Below are positions 1-12,913 of a DNA stretch of 64,000 nucleotides, in pieces. A model generated the notes under the pieces. The model saw only the letters and a program-made list of their open reading frames with translations. It ran no database searches and was not told the origin of the DNA. The translations under genes and the position numbers were made by a program. Numbering within the stretch: position 1 is the first letter of the stretch; every line of letters begins with the position of its first letter. The stretch is from Octopus sinensis (Eukaryota), in contig NC_042998.1 of NCBI RefSeq assembly GCF_006345805.1, forward strand, positions 182,094,001 to 182,158,000. Reading direction: 5' to 3'.

Positions 1-335
1 CTTATTCTATCGATCGCTTTTGCCGAACCGCTAAGTTATGGGAACATAAACCTATCAACATCAGTTGTCAAGCGATGGTGGTAGTGGGGGCGGGTGGAGG
101 TGGTGCCAAGCACAGACACACACACACACACATACACACACAAACACACACACACACATACACACACAAACACACACACACACATATATATATGAGGAGC
201 TTCTTTCAGTTTCCATCGACCAAATCCACTCACAAGGCTTCGGTCGGCCCGAAGCTATAGTAGAAGGCACCTGCCCAAAGTTCCAAGCAGTAGGACTGAA
301 CTCGGAACCATATATTTGGGAAGCAAGCTTCTTAC
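1..335 (-). mobile_element. SINE family A (tRNA-like head, internal (TG)n/(TA)n microsatellite), truncated by the window edge
   Basis: Reverse complement of the family seen at 12691-13140 and 43978-44407 (GAAGCCCGTCG / GTCTTCTACTATAGC / GCGGTTCGGCAAAAG blocks). Confidence 0.85.
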
Positions 336-2326
336 ATCCACACCTGCGCCTTCTTACCACACAACCACACACACACACACACACAACACACACACACACA
401 CACATATATATATGTATATTTCCATCTACCAAAATTTCTCTCATAAAGTTGACTCGTCAGTTTGATGGAATACATTTATTGAAGGTGCTGCACAATAGGA
501 TTGAACACAGAAATATGCGACTGCAAAGCAAACTAAACTGCACGACCATTGCCAGTTGCTGATATAAAGATTAACTGATATACTTATGATGTATGTGTTA
601 GTTCCTTAAAAGCGCTTCCAGTAATTATGGGAATGAAATGGATATTTCCTTATAACTGGATTTATTATAGAATAATAGTTACAGCTATATATCAACCAGC
701 CCGAAATATTTCGAAAACCATTGTGAAAGGAAACGTTTTATCGTTTAATCATCTGGTTTCTAATGATAACTTCAAACTACACTTACGTACATGAAATTAT
801 CTAACACCCCATTAGATAACATCAGTGCAATCTATAGAAATTATTTACTGTGATACGGAGAATGATGTTTTAATTGAATGTCGTTTTATAGTAGAAGTCT
901 TTATGATTGCCATCTAGCGAGACAGGTTAATTACTATGAAAATGGCCAGTATTTGCCAACTGATTAAAGCTGAATATTTTCATACGCATGAAGGAACTTT
1001 ATTCAAAGTATTCATTGAGAAATGAAAGGGACCACATAGTGTTATATATATAACGGGAGATTATAAGTATAATTAGCAATGTATGAAGGCCACAGACCGA
1101 ATAAAATGTTATATATGAATAGATATTCTCTCCCTTCCTCTGTCTTTCCTTTCTCTCTTTCTGTTTATCTGTACGTCAGTCCGTCTATTCACGCCTACTC
1201 TCTCTTTCTCTCTGTTTTCTTATTTTTGGGGTGACAAGGGTCGAGTTCCCTCGTGCAACCTTTTTATTTCTTTGTCTCTATCACCCTGTATATCTCTCAT
1301 CTCTCCGTCATATACAAACACCCTAAGATCAACTCTCGGTAAACCAAGCCCTTGAACAAATTCAAATTTATATTGAAACCATTTCACTTTACTATCCAGC
1401 TAATATACTAATGAAAAACGAAAAAACGCAGGCAAAAAAAAAAGGACGATAAAAACGAAAAAAAATTCGTACGAATATTTCTCTACGGCCCCACAGTATT
1501 GTGACACTAAAACTAAGTAAATCATTATGACTGCCCATATAATTAGTGTTTGAAAGAATATTATTGATCATTCGAAGGAAAAATCTTTAGTAATTAAAAC
1601 AAATCCCTATAATTATAATTATAATCATAATTATTAATCTCATTGATGTAGAAGCGAAATGACTGTGTGGATAAACTCCCAAAACCTCCAGCCACGTGGG
1701 TCTTGACTTCAAAAGATCCAACTGCTTGGAGCAATATCGTAATTCTATTTTTTTCATTATATACCTAATTGGAAACAGGAATTTTTTATTTAGTTTTTTA
1801 ATCAGGAGAGAAGTTTGTGCCCATAACTTTTTACAGAACCTTCGAGACCGGCGGGCAGAGAGAGGTATTCTCAAACTGAAGAACTGGTCCGAATCAAGAA
1901 GTGCAAAATGCCTGTCACAGGCTCTGTCCCTTGGTTTAATGAAATACAAACAGGAGTTCATCACTAACTCTATTGATTCATATAGTTTGTGGAGTGTTTA
2001 AAACTTGGGACGATTAAACCATGTGGTTTGTGCGAGGATAAATACATTGATAAGTTGGGTGAAACAAAGAGTAGATTGACTTCACATGCTGAATTTTGGT
2101 CAGGAAATAGACATTTGCCCGCCATTCCTGTATCCTTATCAGAAGTGTATGTTGTCTTCCTTGACACATGGTCTACAGCTGACTTATGTAAACACTAAGT
2201 GAACTTGTGATAGTACATTGTACACACTTATATGTAAATACAGACGCATACATAAGTACAAACACACACACACACAGCAAACACAGCGTTCACGTATACA
2301 CCTACACATCTCTCTCACTCTCTCTA

Positions 2327-2399
<73 letters not shown>

Positions 2400-2995
2400 A
2401 CAGTTAAATTTATAAACAGGAAAAGGTTATTGCCGGAAGGATAAGGACAGTATATTTATAAACATTAATTGTAGGTGACCTGTCCATTGTATGGTACCTA
2501 AGTTCATGTAGAATGCGTTAACGCAAGACGTTCAGATCTACTTGGATATACGAAAAAGGCAAAAATAAATAATTAGGAAATTATTTTGATATCACTGTGA
2601 AACAGATCAGTTTTCAGTGTATTTTATAGTAAAACTAGTACAAATACTTTAACTATTTTACAATGTGATAGAGGCCTGTACATAGTATATCAACTTACCA
2701 ATCGAAGGATAATTGGTTCGTGTCCTGGCATTGCATATCATCTGTGGCCATGGCACTTACCTCTCAAATAGTCCAGTCTATCTAGATGTCAATAGGTCGG
2801 TCGCACGAAGAGCTATATACACATCATAACTGTAATCAGTAACGGTGCTATTTAATTGATACACCGTTATTAACTTGAAGTGAGATAAATTTCTTTGTCG
2901 GGGCAGTTTGGAAAGAGACAATTTTCACCAGAACTAACTGTTGCCAGTTAGATTAAGTTTTTAAGTATTCAGTCTACAAGTCGATGTATTAAAAG

Positions 2996-3192
2996 ACGCC
3001 ATGATAGATCGGTAGCCACTGCACACATTTTTTCTCTCTCCTTGTTTCACTCCTTGTTTCTTTCTGTGTTCCTTTCTGTGGAAGGGCGTAGGCTCGAAAC
3101 GTAAAATACTTTTTCAATTCCCGAGCGTTATACTAATACATCTGTTTGTTTTTTACACCACCTGTCTTCGTCTTTTGTTTTTTTTCGTGAAT
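2996..3192 (+). mobile_element. Hammerhead-bearing Penelope-like pseudo-LTR / retrozyme-like repeat (U6-core family), copy 1
   Basis: Same sequence family as the minus-strand copies at 62726-62925 and 63510-63695. It contains a minimal type I hammerhead layout at 3073-3106. Confidence 0.7.
3073..3106 (+). ncRNA. Minimal type I hammerhead ribozyme motif, variant core CUGUGGA
   Basis: ttt-CTGTGGA-a-gggc(gtag)gctc-GAAA-cg-TA-aaa: stem I, stem II, palindromic ACGT stem III and a GUA site. Confidence 0.55.
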
Positions 3193-3579
3193 TCTCCCCA
3201 ATATATATCGTAGCTGTTCTTTAGGCTTCGTATTAAAAGGTGTTAAAACTCTTATAACATACAAATGTATATGTTTTTGTAATCTAAATGTCACTTTCTT
3301 GCATTTGTGAGAATTAAGACATGTATATCTTTTTGTTAAAACCCAATTCTTTACTGTATTAAGGATATAACTATACACTTATGTTAGAAGTATATCACGA
3401 AGCATTATATGTAAATCTTTATACAAAAGTTGAAAATCAAATTAAGGATCATAGTGAGAGACATATACTATTATTATTATTATTGAGTGAGATAGAAATA
3501 AACGGGCAAACATTTTCCACACACATCATGTATCACGTAAATACATAACTTATTATATATATATATATATATATTGTGT

Positions 3580-4072
3580 GTTAGTTAGTTAGTTAGTTAA
3601 TTGGCTCAAAAGCAAATAGCAAGGCCATGTAGGGGGACATGGAGTTAAGTACAGTTAAGTGTTCATGTAAAGAGTTCAGGCCACTTGAGGTCCAGGGAGG
3701 CTTTGAACAAAGCGGTCGTCGGCATCTTCACCATCTCGTCTGGCAGCTTGTTCCACGGATCCGCAACCCGGACGGAGAAAGCTCCTCTCCTTCGATTGAG
3801 ATGAAATCGTCGCAGGTAGAGCTTTTCGGAATGACCCCGCAGCCGACGCCCTGGAGCAGGAGTGAAGAACAGCTCTTTCGAGAGGTTACACTTTCCGCTT
3901 ATGATGTTGTGGGCGAGAATGAGATCACTACGGCGGCGGCGTTTTTCAAGAGAATAAAGGTCGAGCGTCCTCAGCCTTTCTTCGTAGGACAAATTTTTGA
4001 GACCATGAACCATGCGGGTAGCCAGCTTCTGGACTCTTTCGAGATGCTGTATGTCTTTGAGGAGATAAGGAG
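3580..4072 (-). mobile_element. CR1-clade LINE, 5'-truncated young copy (ORF2 C-terminus, 3'UTR, (TAAC)n tail)
   Basis: ORF 3663-4082 reads ...LERVQKLATRMVHGLKNLSYEERLRTLDLYSLEKRRRRSDLI...FSVRVADPWNKLP, typical of the CR1 post-RT region. It is near-identical to 21795-22280. Confidence 0.9.
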
Positions 4073-4574
4073 TCCTAACCAATATGTTGCAACAACGTTT
4101 TCTGGAGATCCTGCATCAAGAGGTGAATGCTCCGTCATATGGCATAACGGGAATATTTCTGTTCTGGCTATGGTTCGAGGATACAAAAATTCCTGAACTA
4201 TACGTGAACGGGGAAAAATAAAACAAAACAAAAACTTGTTTCACAGACATAAACCTGTTATTTTCGTTTTTTTTTACAACTCCACCTCATACTTATACAG
4301 TAATGATTAATGATAATGGTGATCTTATTGTGTACAGTGCTCAGGTGTACTAAACGCACACATACACAAGTCTCTTTTATCTTTTACCTGTTTCAGTCAC
4401 TGGACTGCGGCCAGGCTGGGGCACCGCATTGGAGGATTTTAGTTGAACAAATCGACCTCACTACCTAGGTTATTTAAAGCCCCGAAAAAACAAACTAGCA
4501 CTGTTTGTCAATATATATATATTTAGTTTCAGCTCCAAGCTGTTGTCATGCTGGGGCACTGCCGTTTTGCTACA

Positions 4575-5425
4575 CTGTTATTATTGAAAGCCTCCTCTAA
4601 TATGTGGCACTTGGTGAATAAGGGTGTTTGATGTCGCAACCCTCATTTGCACCTCTTGCCGCGATGTAGGTTCATCTGGGACTCTCGATAAGAAGAGGTG
4701 AAGTTTTGATTTGAAAACACCTATATCCACTTTGTGTAGGTCCCTCTGGCTGTTTGGGAGAATATTAAAAAGCTGTCGGCCCCTGAAACCCAAGCTGTTG
4801 CAGAAACTGGTCCTGAAGTGCGATGGCAATCCTGGGATCTTTCGTACTGTACTGCCGATCCGTTCTGGCATTTGTGTAGCTTTCAGTGCCAAAATTTGGC
4901 ACAATTCCTTCCAGGATCTTCCAGATGTATATTACTGTATACATCTACCGCCTTCGCACCAGGGAATAGGTCTTAGCTGTCTCAGCCTTTCCCAGTTGCT
5001 GAGCTGTTGCAATGAGACGATCTTCTTTGTGAAGCTTAGCTGGATTGCTTCAAGGTCTGCTGTTAATTTTACACTATTGGGTGACCATAGTTGGGAGCAG
5101 TAATCCAGGCGGCTGAGGACGAATGTCCTCCAGAGGACCATCATGGCTTCCTTCTCTCTGGTTCTGAACGTTCTCAGGATCTATCCAGCCAGTCATCTGC
5201 ACTTTGTCGCAATCCTGGTAATGAGCACTTGGAAAGAGTTATCATCACTCATGTCGATACCCAGGTCCCTCACTAATTTAGGCTCCGGGATTGTAGTCCC
5301 GTGTGGACCAATATACTCTTTTGGACGCTGGTAGCGCAGAGCTTGGAATTTTTGAGCATTAAACTGCATATTATTCCCCCTCAGCCTATCTGTAAATTGA
5401 GTCCAACTTCTGCTGCAGGTGTGCA
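4575..5425 (-). mobile_element. Older CR1-like LINE ORF2 fragment (frameshifted)
   Basis: Minus frames give NNMQFNAQKFQALRY, LWRTFVLSRLDYCSQLWSP...LEAIQ...WERLRQL and NSLGFRGRQLFNILP...FKSKLHLFL, which are RT thumb and C-terminal motifs. Confidence 0.8.
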
Positions 5426-6436
5426 ACATTGCTGGCGTTATATACATATATACATATATACAGTTGGTTTCGCCTTTCGGTACTCAATTTATTGACCTCG
5501 GAGGTCGATAAATTGAGCACCAGATAAAGACTTGGGGCCGATACTTTCAACTCCATCTCTTGAAAGCAATGTTCCACCTAAATTGTAATTCAATGATTAA
5601 AATCACCAACAGAATAAAATGTGTGTGTGTGTATGTGTGTGTTTGAGTGACTGTGTGTATGCGTGTGTATACAAATATATATTTACTTACAAAATTTCTT
5701 AAATAAAAACACAAGAGGAAAACGGAGAAAATTTCGCCTACCGAAGTATATTGCTTATACGATATAATGTTTTTGATGTGAAATGAAAGACCATATGTGC
5801 TTCATACACTTAAATTATAGTTCAATGTACCACATTTGCCTGCGTATACACATATTTTACTATTCATGCTGTTTATTAAAAATTACGCCGATGTTGTCGA
5901 GACGATGTATATAAAGTTACTATTATGATGAAGACTTAAATTTATCATCAAATTCCCCGAGAGGTTGCGTATACTACATACTGATTACTTAGCCTCATCA
6001 CTGAACATTAACTCTATATAGAAGCTAAGTATTTTAATTGTTTAACAGCTGCTGTTACTAAAATTTGATTTAAAATAGCAATGTAAACAGCCAAGAGGAA
6101 AGAATTTCCTGTGAGAACTAACATAAACCATTGGTATTTGATGTTATAACCGCCTTTCTCTTGTAGTTCATTCTCAACCAGTCACTTGAACTTTGAAAGG
6201 TTCCTATATTCTGTACATAAGTTAATTTATATTTCTGTATAAATTACAGTTCACCAAAGCGAGTATGTTAAGAAATATTTGATATCCCTTCATAGACTGG
6301 AAAATTGGAATTTTTGTGTTTCTCAAGGACATTACATATATATTAAAACGCAGATGACGATTCAGCCTACTGAGATCTCATCGTTACTGTAGAATACCTG
6401 CTAGGATGGTAGAATCAACCAGACCATTTATCCATA

Positions 6437-6640
6437 TCTATAAAGCTGAAATGCGAAAACGTTGTTTGATTTCTTGGTTATTTGTCTCATTTTGGGATGG
6501 GGTCGGATTGGCGCCAAAATTTACACTAGGGGGTAAAATGGGGTGGGCAATGGTATGAGGAGGGTTGCAAGTCGCTCGGGGATACCGTTTGGTTGCCATC
6601 ACCACCAAAACCTGAGCGAAGCACGGGTCAAAATAGCTTG
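6437..6640 (+). mobile_element. Non-autonomous Helitron (short)
   Basis: 5' A|TCTATAAAGCTGAA as in the 54188-54581 copy. The 3' end has a GC-rich hairpin CCTGAGCGAAGCACGGG followed by a decayed CTTG|T terminus. Confidence 0.6.
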
Positions 6641-8638
6641 TCTTATTATATACATAATTGGTACGAGATTTATAGGAGACAGAGAATAAGATTATGAGAC
6701 GTCCATGGCTCCTTTAAACCATTCGGGAACACTGACATGTTATAAATGATTGAAGAAATCACGTGGTCACCACTTAACGAGAGTAAAATTCACGACATGT
6801 TTGTTTGCTTCAATTTTTTTACTAGACCTCTAACTTATTGATTTATCATTACGTATACCTGTCTATAGAGCATCAAATTAGACGCAAAGAGTAGTGAACT
6901 GCAGGAGGTGTTTTATCGCCTCCCAGTATTCTATGTAATAAACCAATTAGAGCAGACTTTGTGTTTCCGTCCTTGTGTCAATAAAATGTCCCTATGATCT
7001 GATATGTTACCACATTACTAGCACTGCATTGTGTCTCTGGAAAATACACATTTCTCAAAGGCCCAACTTACATGGCTGTAAAGATGTGCCTTGTAAAGAT
7101 ACAGTTTGTTGCTATAAATTGCAAGAACATCTATATTTAACAAATAATTGTTAAGCTGCTCTACTGAGTTGAAATCCTCTCATATATATAAAGGGCAATG
7201 TGAAATCTCGCTATTATATTATTTTTTTGTATCACTATATAGAAAGACACATTTTCTGTGAATTGTCAATAATCCAAACAATTTGTCGACTGTTAATTCA
7301 ATTCCTTACAAATTGATTTTCAGTCTAGTCAAAACGAACTACGCATGGGTGCGTATATTTACAAGGACTTGAAGGGGTTCAAGTGGAACAGAAACAATAT
7401 CAATCACACTGGTACATGAGGGCCTGAAAAGGTAATGGATACCGCCTTTTCTTTTAAATCCAGCATGCAAAAATGTATAACTTATGAAATTTCATCATAT
7501 GGTATAGTGCATTACATTATGGCTGCTCGAGGTACATTGGCGCAAGTAAGTTAAAAATATTTTATTTACTGATACCATGGCTACCCTAGGCGTGCTTTGA
7601 ATCTACTTCCTTTAAGTCATGACCATCTTGTCTTATTGTCTGGTATATTGTACTAATGATTACTTTATCACGAGTATTCATCCATTAAAAGAAATCTGAA
7701 GTTTTGGCTCTTGCTTATCACAGGCCGAGTGTCTACGTGGAAGCTTCTTCATCACTGTGCTGGGATGTGTACAACCAAGTAGAATTACTGAGAAACAAAA
7801 ACTTGCTTTTTGACAGAGTCCACCTTACTCCTCTCTCCAGTAGTAACCTCTAGACTACCGCACTTCATTTTATTCGTTCCATCGTTACATGTTTGAATGC
7901 ACGGTTTGACAGAGATATGGTAAAACTGGAGCAAGAAGTATGTGGGTCTCTCCTTGTCGTTCGGCCGATTACCTATGTGCAGTAGAATAGCTCGACCAGA
8001 AATGACCTGCAGCTAGACGGCATAAAAATAACACGATGGCGACTGTTGGGAACAAGAGATAATCTCCACGGGAGCTGTGTTTGTGTTGAAGTTTCGATTC
8101 CTGTGGGAAACAACGCGCTTCATGTACATCGTAGATGCTTTGAGAAAGACATTAACGTAATTTTCTATAGCTTCTCTCTTCCCTAAGATAGAAGACTATA
8201 AGTAACAATGATATTGGTAACACGAGTTGACACAGCCCATAGATTAAGACAAGGAACTTTTCTATATCGTCCGTTGCCTCACGTTTATGAGTTCATATCA
8301 TCTCAGCGCATTGTTTTTTTCAAAGTGTTCATAAAATATGTGTCAGTAAATGTACAGGATCGATTTTTTTTTTAGTTAAGCAACGATTTGTTATTTGGAT
8401 ATGAAATCCTAATTTACTATGGATATCATTCAGCCTCTGAACACTGAATGATCACTGAACAGTCGCCTGCTCCTGATGTTTTATGCCCAACCAGGCTAAA
8501 CAAAAATCCTAACCTAGCTCCCCGCACATATGTTTATTAATTTTCTTTGTATATGAGTAAAGGAAGCTGACGAAGATCACTTCAAACAAACCAGTCATAT
8601 TTCTTTCATAAAAATTTAAAAATTGCTTTCATTTTTAC

Positions 8639-8895
8639 CTGTTCCATATTGTCCATACATTGTCGACATCTACCACCATCCTGGGCTGCATTGTAGGCAT
8701 AACATCCGCTGACAGACGTCGCCTCTTCCCAAGTTAGGTTCTTTAGAATACGTGTGTCCTGCCACGAACATACTCGCCATCCCGGACTACAAAGAGAGCT
8801 ACCGTTTTCTATATGTCCATGCCAATAACCATTGCAAGCTGCCAGGTTGCTATGCCATTGGAATCCTTCGCTTGTATCGTCAGCACAACCAACCT
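8639..8895 (-). CDS. Internal coding exon, Cys/Trp/Gly-rich extracellular domain (EVGCADDTSEGF...LCSPGWRVC...GCYAYNAAQDGGRCRQCMDNMEQ)
   Basis: Open, non-repetitive 257-nt frame with 7 Cys. Acceptor TTTTGTCAG| (phase 1; G+AG gives Glu) and donor CAG|GTAAAA (phase 0). It joins in frame to the exon at 18593-18716, giving ...HGTKA-EVGCAD... Confidence 0.85.
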
Positions 8896-8911
8896 CTGAC
8901 AAAATATAATA

Positions 8912-8986
<75 letters not shown>

Positions 8987-9169
8987 TTCATGAACTTATT
9001 TATTCATTAATTTTTCATTCATGAATTTATTTATTTATTCATTAATCTTTTAAATACATATTTTACCTGTGAATTTGTGTGTGTAATCTGGGAATGCATA
9101 CAATGAACTTCTCTGCCCTAGGTGTATGGAAAACACTTGGCGAGAAACGGAAGAAAATTTGAAGAAAGA

Positions 9170-9655
9170 AGGAAAATAATAATAATGATAATTTCATTTA
9201 TTTGCTACGAGGGCGAAGGATGAGGGGGACAATACAAAGACGGACATAAAGTGTGGAAATTTACTTATAATGAAATGATTAAAAAAAAATGAAAGAAAGT
9301 AGAAGGGACATGTGCATAGCATACAAAGGTTTAAAAAAAAGTGGCGGGGAAGATTATAGAGATGAGGCCCTCCTGATACAGGAAGGCCTCTTGGGATATT
9401 TGAGGAACCCCACTGTCCGAGATTTCCCTGAAACCCCAAGAACAAGTGCCCTCTTCAATTCTTCCTCTCCGACTCACAGGTCTACATTTTGAGAGGCACC
9501 ATCAACTTTTGCCATTTTCGCAACTTTCACCCACTTTTCAATAAACTCACTTGAGGACAGCACTTTCCTCTCTCCACTCTCAATTTCCTTTTCAATGAGA
9601 GTTCTAGCTGGCTCTGTTCGATGAAAACATACTGGAATCTCATTGATAAGAACAC
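9170..9655 (-). mobile_element. L1/Tx1-type LINE 3' end (ORF2 C-terminus, 3'UTR, (TTA)n tail)
   Basis: The minus strand encodes LKRKLRVE...VLSSSEFIEKWVKVAKMAKVDG followed by a stop and UTR ending in AATAAA-like/ATT repeats. It parallels the relic at 10140-11330. Confidence 0.65.
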
Positions 9656-9661
9656 AGTGTA

Positions 9662-9711
<50 letters not shown>

Positions 9712-9759
9712 TGCTCTCACATAATGAACCAGAGCATATAAAACCGAGAACTTTGAGAA

Positions 9760-10003
9760 GTAAAATAACAACAATAGTAGTGGTAGTGTTAGTAGTAGTA
9801 GCAGCAGCAGCAGAGTTAGTAGTAGTAGTAGTAATAGCAGCAGCAGCAGTAGCGGTAGTAGCAGTAGTATTAGTAATATTAGTATTAGTAGTATTAGTAT
9901 TAGTATTAGTAGTAGTAGTAGTAGTAGTAGTAGTAGCAGCAGCAGCAGCAGTAGCAGTAGTAGCAGTAGTATTAGTAATATTAGTATTAGTAGTATTAGT
10001 ATT

Positions 10004-10034
<31 letters not shown>

Positions 10035-10060
10035 GTAGTAGTAGTAGTAGTAACAATAAT
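9760..10060. repeat. Compound trinucleotide microsatellite (GTA/GCA/TTA) with an internal ~100-bp duplication
   Basis: Directly visible. It produces the poly-V/A/L ORFs at 9621 and 9640. Confidence 0.95.
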
Positions 10061-10139
10061 AATTTCCTTTTTGCTACTAAGAGGAAATATTACAAATTCT
10101 ACTAGGAATTATTACATGAACGGCGGTATTTTTCGCAGA

Positions 10140-11330
10140 ATTGAGAAATATAAAAACGGTAAATAGACATGGAAACAACAGTATAGTAAGAATGAAATGA
10201 GAGGTTCGAGGAGGGAGCCAGCCACCAAGGAACAATAAAGGAATCTTGAAGATCCAGGATTGCTCTGACTACAAAGGGTAAATGTTCTCTTCTAGCAGTG
10301 TTCTCCTGCCTACTAACGTTTGTTGAAAGCAGGCTCCTCCAGGTGAACCACACTAACTCATTTTTCATCAAATTATCTCGAATGTACAGTTTATCTCCTC
10401 TTTTCGAACTGAAACTTGATGGAGGTGATGATGGCTTGACCGAATAGAAAAGTCCTTTCACTCTTATCCAACATACCACCTCTTTCACTATATCTATCAG
10501 TCAGAGGAAACTGCTTGCCCTTCGGAAGCCGGCAGGGTGATCCTCGTATTGGACTCGACTAATAACCGGATCTGCCCAATACGCGGCAACGACTTTTCCA
10601 TATAATTCCACAATGCTAAGATATTGAGTATTTTTGTGGTTCTGCGCGAATCTCTAATAGGCCTTAATGATGTCACTTTCATGCCTGCAGAATTTATCTC
10701 GAGCGGGCAGCGGAATTTGTTTCCCCACGAGAGTTTCAGACTCCAGTTATGAACTCATTTGCATACAGCCAATCAGAGCTTAACTATCAAACTAATATAT
10801 GAGCGCATCACAAGTGATGGGTGATAAGGTAAGGTCACTTGGGTAAGGAATGACAATACTTCTTTTCTCTTTTAATAAGGTATGTTATTCTTGTTAGGCA
10901 TAATCTGAGAGCTGAACGGCACCTTTCCTTTCACACTTTTCAAACAATCCTACAATCCTTCAACGGTCTGCCAGCACCAATGCGGTTTCTGCCACCAGCA
11001 ACAACCTTTGTTAATTTGACAACTAGGTCAAGGTGAACTCTGATTGGTGTATGCAAATGACTTCATTACAGGAGTCCGGAACTCTCGTGGAAAAAAATTT
11101 CGCGAGCGGGCAATGATTCCTTGTAGCATTACCAGGCCAATAATTTCTGGAAGTTCCTTCGGAATATATTCTTCATTTGATATTCGTTGATGCCCAAAAT
11201 CTCATGAAAGAACTTCACATCGCTTTTGCCCAAATAAATATATCCAATTCGGAATAATTATGTTCCTCGACCAAAGGAAATAAAATACTAACTCGACCAG
11301 GTGAGAGTTGAATCCAGAATATAAAGAGAT
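10140..11330 (-). mobile_element. Degenerate L1/Tx1-type LINE ORF2 3' region, interrupted by a MITE at 10710-11103
   Basis: Reading across the insertion gives NFQKLLAW*CYKESLPAR|DKFCRHE...LWNYMEKSL.RIGQIRL...EGQAV...KEVVCWIRVKGL...FLFGQAII...KFQFEKR, resembling the zf-RVT-region C-terminus of Tx1/L1 ORF2. Confidence 0.6.
10710..11103. mobile_element. MITE with ~70-bp TIRs and a 9-bp TSD (Mutator/MULE-like)
   Basis: TSD GAGCGGGCA at 10701-10709 and 11104-11112. Termini read GCG(G/A)AATTT. Inverted arms at 10725-10778 and 11038-11090. Confidence 0.75.
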
Positions 11331-11539
11331 GTTACGTTATAATGTTTCAAATTTAGGTACAAACCCAGCAATATTTGATATGAGTGTGTATGTGTGGTGT
11401 GTGTGTGTGTGTGTGTGTGTGTGTAAGTGGTGGTGGTGGGGGGTATACTCGATTACATTGACACTATAACTTGACTGGTACTTTACTTTATCGTCACCGA
11501 AAGGATTACAGACAAGATTGATCTCAATCTTTTTAGTGC

Positions 11540-11660
11540 ATTCGTGAGTTGATAGTGCAGTGCTTGAAATTTTCCAACATTAAACTGCATGTTGTTTATT
11601 TCGGCCCACTTGTTTATCGAATTTAGGTCCCGCTGTAAGCTTGCGACGTCATCTTGGTTT
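11540..11660 (-). mobile_element. Short CR1-like RT fragment
   Basis: DDVASLQRDLNSINKWAEINNMQFNVGKFQALHY in ORF 11483-11773. Confidence 0.75.
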
Positions 11661-11679
11661 TTTATTGCCTGTGATAATT

Positions 11680-11915
11680 TTGTATCTGTGTGTGTGTGTA
11701 TGTGTTTGTGCGTGTGTTTGTCGCCCGCCATCGCTTGATAACCGGTCTTGGTTTGGTGACGTTTCTGTAACATAACAGTTCGGCAAAAAGACCGATAGAT
11801 TAAGAACTAAACATAAAAATAATAAGTACTGGGGTAGATTTGTTCGACTAAACCTTTCTAGGCAACAGGCTCTCAGTATGGCTGCAGTCCAATGACTGAT
11901 ACAAGTACAAGATAA
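11680..11915 (+). mobile_element. SINE family A, 3' half
   Basis: CATCGCTTGATAACCG...CAGTTCGGCAAAAAGACCGATAG...GCTGCAGTCCAATGACTGA. Confidence 0.75.
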
Positions 11916-12690
11916 ATGATATAGAGATATAACAATTACACTTCAGTTGCAGCATCTTATGATATGACTTAGATATCTTTTCGCAATGTAAAATTTCAAA
12001 CCTTTTTACAAAATCATGATTTAGTCTCGACTGGGAATGGAATGGAAATATTTTGCGTGTATCACTGTCTGGGAGCTTACATAATGTTCCACAATGTTTT
12101 CCACCAACGGATTTCGTTACAAATTTCACTTTATTTATTACCAGTGATTTCAAACGAAAGAAGCAACTTTTATTAGTGTTATTTTATCCTCCAGAAACGA
12201 AGATGAAGAAGATAAGAAGATATCGAGTTGATCCAGTTTTAAATTTGTGGTTACAGCTACCAGCTTAATCTTGTGACCACACAGTATGGTACATTAGACA
12301 TTCATGTCACGGGAAACAAACGACAGCGTCACACATAATTAAAGGGGACCTAACGTAAATGGAAGGGTATTAAGTATGAAGCAGCCAGCGAGGTGTGAAA
12401 GAAAATGTTTTTGGTATACATTTTAAGAAACCTAATATAGTGAGATGGCTTGTACAGGGAATTCTTTGCGTTTAATGGGAAATTCTCAGCGAAAAGTATG
12501 TTCGTGGAAGAAAAGATAAATTAATGAATTTTGAAGAGAAAAGAAGTTTTGGCTGTTATAATTTATTGGCGAACGAAATCATCGGAACCAAAGATATAAC
12601 CATTTTTACTGTCACGATTTGTTTATTTCAATTTGAGGAGGTCGAAAGCGTTTGTTTCAAAATACGCAACCATACATATACAAAGATATT

Positions 12691-12857
12691 TAGGAGTGGC
12701 CATGTGGTAAGTAGCTTGCTTACCAACCACATGGTTCTGGGTTCAGTCCCACTGCGTGGCACCTTGGGCAAGTGTCTTCTACTATAGCCTCGAACCGACC
12801 AAAGCCTTGTGAGTGGATTTGGTAGACGGAAACTGAAAGAAGCCCGTCGTATATATG

Positions 12858-12913
<56 letters not shown>

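Noticed and set aside
2700-2742. Minus-strand segment between CAG and GTAAGT encoding DDMQCQDTNQLSFD
   Set aside because: The phase is incompatible with the phase-0 donor at 8638, there is no polypyrimidine tract, and the surrounding sequence looks repeat-derived.
6398-6437. Possible minus-strand micro-exon IWINGLVDSTILA (LamG-like look, TAG/GT bounded)
   Set aside because: Its acceptor is supplied by the 5' end of the Helitron at 6437. It is too short to support, and there is no other LamG evidence.
11110-11330. Death-domain-like peptide (FFHEILGINEYQMKNIF…LLAW)
   Set aside because: It is better explained as the L1/Tx1 ORF2 relic continuing across the MITE TSD.
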